DNA from: Macrostomum lignano
Lineage: Eukaryota
Length of the DNA stretch: 64,000 nucleotides
Assembly (NCBI GenBank): GCA_002269645.1
Contig: NIVC01001977.1
Span: forward strand, 1-64,000
Reading direction: 5' to 3'
In this document: positions 63,001 through 64,000 of the stretch, in pieces
Position numbering within the stretch: position 1 is the stretch's first letter
Layout of the letters: the number at the start of each line of letters is the position of its first letter
Program-made: the position numbers and the translations under genes
Notes under the pieces: generated by a model
Told to the model about the DNA's origin: nothing
What the model saw: the letters and a program-made list of their open reading frames with translations, nothing else
The model's database searches: none

Positions 63001-64000
63001 CTCTAGCTTAAACCGTGTCTATTTGTCTAAACAAACTGACTGCGTGCAAAATACAAGTGCACGGAAGCAGAATAACACGCCGTGAGCGTATTTTCGAACG
63101 CCTGTGCATGCGCGAGACTGCTTGGTGTAGTTATTAGAAGGCAACTGCGCCTCTAGCTTAAACCGTGTCTATTTGTCTAAACAAACTGACTGCGTGCAAA
63201 ATACAAGTGCACGGAAGCAGAATAACACGCCGTGAGCGTATTTTCGAACGCCTGTGCATGCGCGAGACTGCTTGGTGTAGTTATTAGAAGGCAACTGCGC
63301 CTCTAGCTTAAACCGTGTCTATTTGTCTAAACAAACTGACTGCGTGCAAAATACAAGTGCACGGAAGCAGAATAACACGCCGTGAGCGTATTTTCGAACG
63401 CCTGTGCATGCGCGAGACTGCTTGGTGTAGTTATTAGAAGGCAACTGCGCCTCTAGCTTAAACCGTGTCTATTTGTCTAAACAAACTGACTGCGTGCAAA
63501 ATACAAGTGCACGGAAGCAGAATAACACGCCGTGAGCGTATTTTCGAACGCCTGTGCATGCGCGAGACTGCTTGGTGTAGTTATTAGAAGGCAACTGCGC
63601 CTCTAGCTTAAACCGTGTCTATTTGTCTAAACAAACTGACTGCGTGCAAAATACAAGTGCACGGAAGCAGAATAACACGCCGTGAGCGTATTTTCGAACG
63701 CCTGTGCATGCGCGAGACTGCTTGGTGTAGTTATTAGAAGGCAACTGCGCCTCTAGCTTAAACCGTGTCTATTTGTCTAAACAAACTGACTGCGTGCAAA
63801 ATACAAGTGCACGGAAGCAGAATAACACGCCGTGAGCGTATTTTCGAACGCCTGTGCATGCGCGAGACTGCTTGGTGTAGTTATTAGAAGGCAACTGCGC
63901 CTCTAGCTTAAACCGTGTCTATTTGTCTAAACAAACTGACTGCGTGCAAAATACAAGTGCACGGAAGCAGAATAACACGCCGTGAGCGTATTTTCGAACG
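51045..64000. repeat. Tandem satellite array (right), same 150-bp monomer and orientation, about 86 copies; truncated by window end
   Basis: Seen: clean monomers from ~51,130, all carrying tctaaaCaaa instead of tctaaaGaaa. 51,045-51,130 is a partial, garbled monomer. Confidence 0.99.

Noticed and set aside
1-64000. CRISPR array or tandem RNA-gene cluster (5S, tRNA, SL) interpretation of the repeat
   Set aside because: No unique spacers and no cas genes. No recognisable tRNA cloverleaf, A/B boxes, 5S or Sm-site features in the monomer.

Overview
Eukaryotic heterochromatin-like window. About 57 kb is one head-to-tail 150-bp satellite (about 47% GC, 11 CpG per monomer), in a left array (1-~43,990) and a right array (~51,045-64,000, open-ended). 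The arrays form sharply bounded variant domains. Between them is a ~7-kb island holding a + strand non-LTR retrotransposon of Jockey/I-group architecture. ORF1 is intact (ATG 44,691-47,441, 916 aa). Besides the expected RRM-like region and three CCHC zinc knuckles, it carries a complete AlkB-family (ALKBH3/ALKBH2-like) 2OG-Fe(II) dioxygenase domain with all catalytic residues. This points to a LINE carrying a putative nucleic-acid demethylase inside its RNA-packaging protein, and is the standout observation. ORF2 (APE endonuclease + reverse transcriptase, no RNase H) can be reconstructed over ~47,450-50,360 but is broken by several short indels and a garbled duplication over the FADD motif. 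Both satellite/element junctions are graded blends. These defects look at least partly like long-read consensus errors, so the junctions and ORF2 lesions need raw-read confirmation. No database searches were run, so novelty is unverified. Identity of satellite monomers was judged by eye.
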